From Octopus vulgaris (Eukaryota), in assembly GCA_951406725.2 (NCBI GenBank), contig OX597823.1:45632001-45696000 (forward strand): a stretch of DNA of 64,000 bases, given 5' to 3'. Positions 62,386 through 64,000 of the stretch are shown in pieces. The notes under the pieces are model-generated. The model was not told the DNA's origin. It did not search any database and was given only the letters and a program-made list of their open reading frames with translations. A program made the position numbers and the translations under genes. Within the stretch, counting starts at the first letter, position 1. Each line of letters starts with the position of its first letter.

Positions 62386-62770
62386 TGCACACACACACAT
62401 AAACACACATACACACATATACACACATACACACACATATACACACACATAAAGACATTCACGCATATAGACTATATGTGTAAATTTGAACATGAATTTA
62501 AATATATATAAGGTTGATTGTCCTTGTCTCTGTCTCGGTTTCTCTCTTTCTCTCTCTCTCTCTCACACACACTCTCACACACACATGTGAGTCTATGTTT
62601 AGTTAAATGTTAAACCGAAGGATTATGTGAATTTATTAAGCCGTTATTGTTTTCAGAGCAAATTAAATTTCTCAAACTAATTTCTCTGTATAGCATTAAA
62701 ATCGATCATCAATACAATTATTGAACAAATTACAATTGAACCAAGTGCAAGTTTTGTAGCATTTTAAAGA

Positions 62771-62813
<43 letters not shown>

Positions 62814-63149
62814 GTCCTTTTTTTTTACTAACCAAGTAATAATATGAGTAACATAAAATGACATATAGTATGTCGTAGTTCAGATGTCCTCATAATTATG
62901 AGAACACATATTGAACATAGTAGACCTACAGTTAAACCAATGACATTACAAAATTATTTAAGACATTCTCCTGTAGATGATGTAAGTTACAATTTTAAAA
63001 TGTTTATTTATCAGGTGATATAAGCCAGATAATGCGTATTGCCTTGTGTCTTCTACAGAAATGAAGACAAACAGACCGACATAGTAGCGCCGGTCTTAAT
63101 CAGAGATAATAATATATTAGAAAGTGAAGTTACGTTTCATATTCATATG

Positions 63150-63230
<81 letters not shown>

Positions 63231-63849
63231 GTATGTATATACATACACACACATGTACACACACACATACATACACACATACACATATACATATTTCATT
63301 TCAATAGAATTCAACGAAGGTGCCTTGACCTGCTAGAAATATCAACCAAATGTCTTTCGAAATTAACTTTTCTGCCTACAACCTACTTCTCTTGGTTTCT
63401 TCAGCCAGAACTGACCAGAGACTATTTAGATATAACTTTCGTCACTAATACTATTAAGAAAACAGAAAACATGGTGCTGCCTCATTCCAGTTGCATGTAG
63501 CCATGTCAAACTGTTTCTTTATGTGAAAGTCATTTTCAAAGAAGTCAAAATTTATTTGCATGAAATAAAATTTCAGTGAATATGACATAAAACGGATAAC
63601 TAGTATTATTAATAAATTAGTAAACTAGTACACTCCAATTATAGGAACACTTCAGAATGAGAATGTAGGTTATCTTAAAATGACTAATGATGACTCTCTC
63701 TAAGATATTTGAGCAGCGATAAACACATATCAGATATATAAGACAACGTGTCCATAAATTATCTTCACAACTTCCACAATATATTGTATCTATTAAAGTT
63801 GAGATCCATCAACCAACTTCTCTGCATGTTAAGTAAATTTTACTAAACC

Positions 63850-64000
63850 GGTATTATTAAACAAGACGGTGCAGCGCCCCATTAGTGGTTGAATGTTCGA
63901 GAGTTTCATGATGAAACTTTTCCAGATCGTTGGATTGAGAGGCGGATCAGTTCCCCGGACATCTAGTTCACCCTCTAGACTTTTTCGTATGCGTTTACAG
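63850..64000 (+). mobile_element. Tc1/mariner (rosa-like) catalytic-domain relic
   Basis: QDGAAPH, FPDRWI and PLDFFV motifs. Confidence 0.65.

Noticed and set aside
63039-63130. Possible exon after ttctacag
   Set aside because: No good donor site and no recognisable peptide.

Overview
This is AT-rich, repeat-saturated eukaryotic DNA. The SINE families and microsatellite density suggest an octopus (coleoid cephalopod); that is my inference from recognising the repeats, not a database result. I found no intact host protein-coding gene, rRNA, true tRNA or CRISPR array. Nearly all ORFs in the track are microsatellite translations, SINE read-throughs or decayed transposon fragments. The window holds about 30 tRNA-derived SINE copies in three families and relics of a Ty3/Gypsy LTR element. 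It also holds hAT, mariner/Tc1, piggyBac-like and Helitron DNA elements, RTE, Jockey-like and R4/Dong LINEs, and several Penelope-like elements (PLEs). The most notable structure is a set of at least 8 fold-back (inverted-repeat) units, mostly sitting in TA microsatellites, together with about a dozen type-I hammerhead ribozyme motifs with palindromic stem-III loops. The unit at 56142-56873 has an intact hammerhead core on each strand. Two other units carry the compensatory U3-A8 core variant. Coordinates were read by eye, and the ends of decayed elements are approximate.
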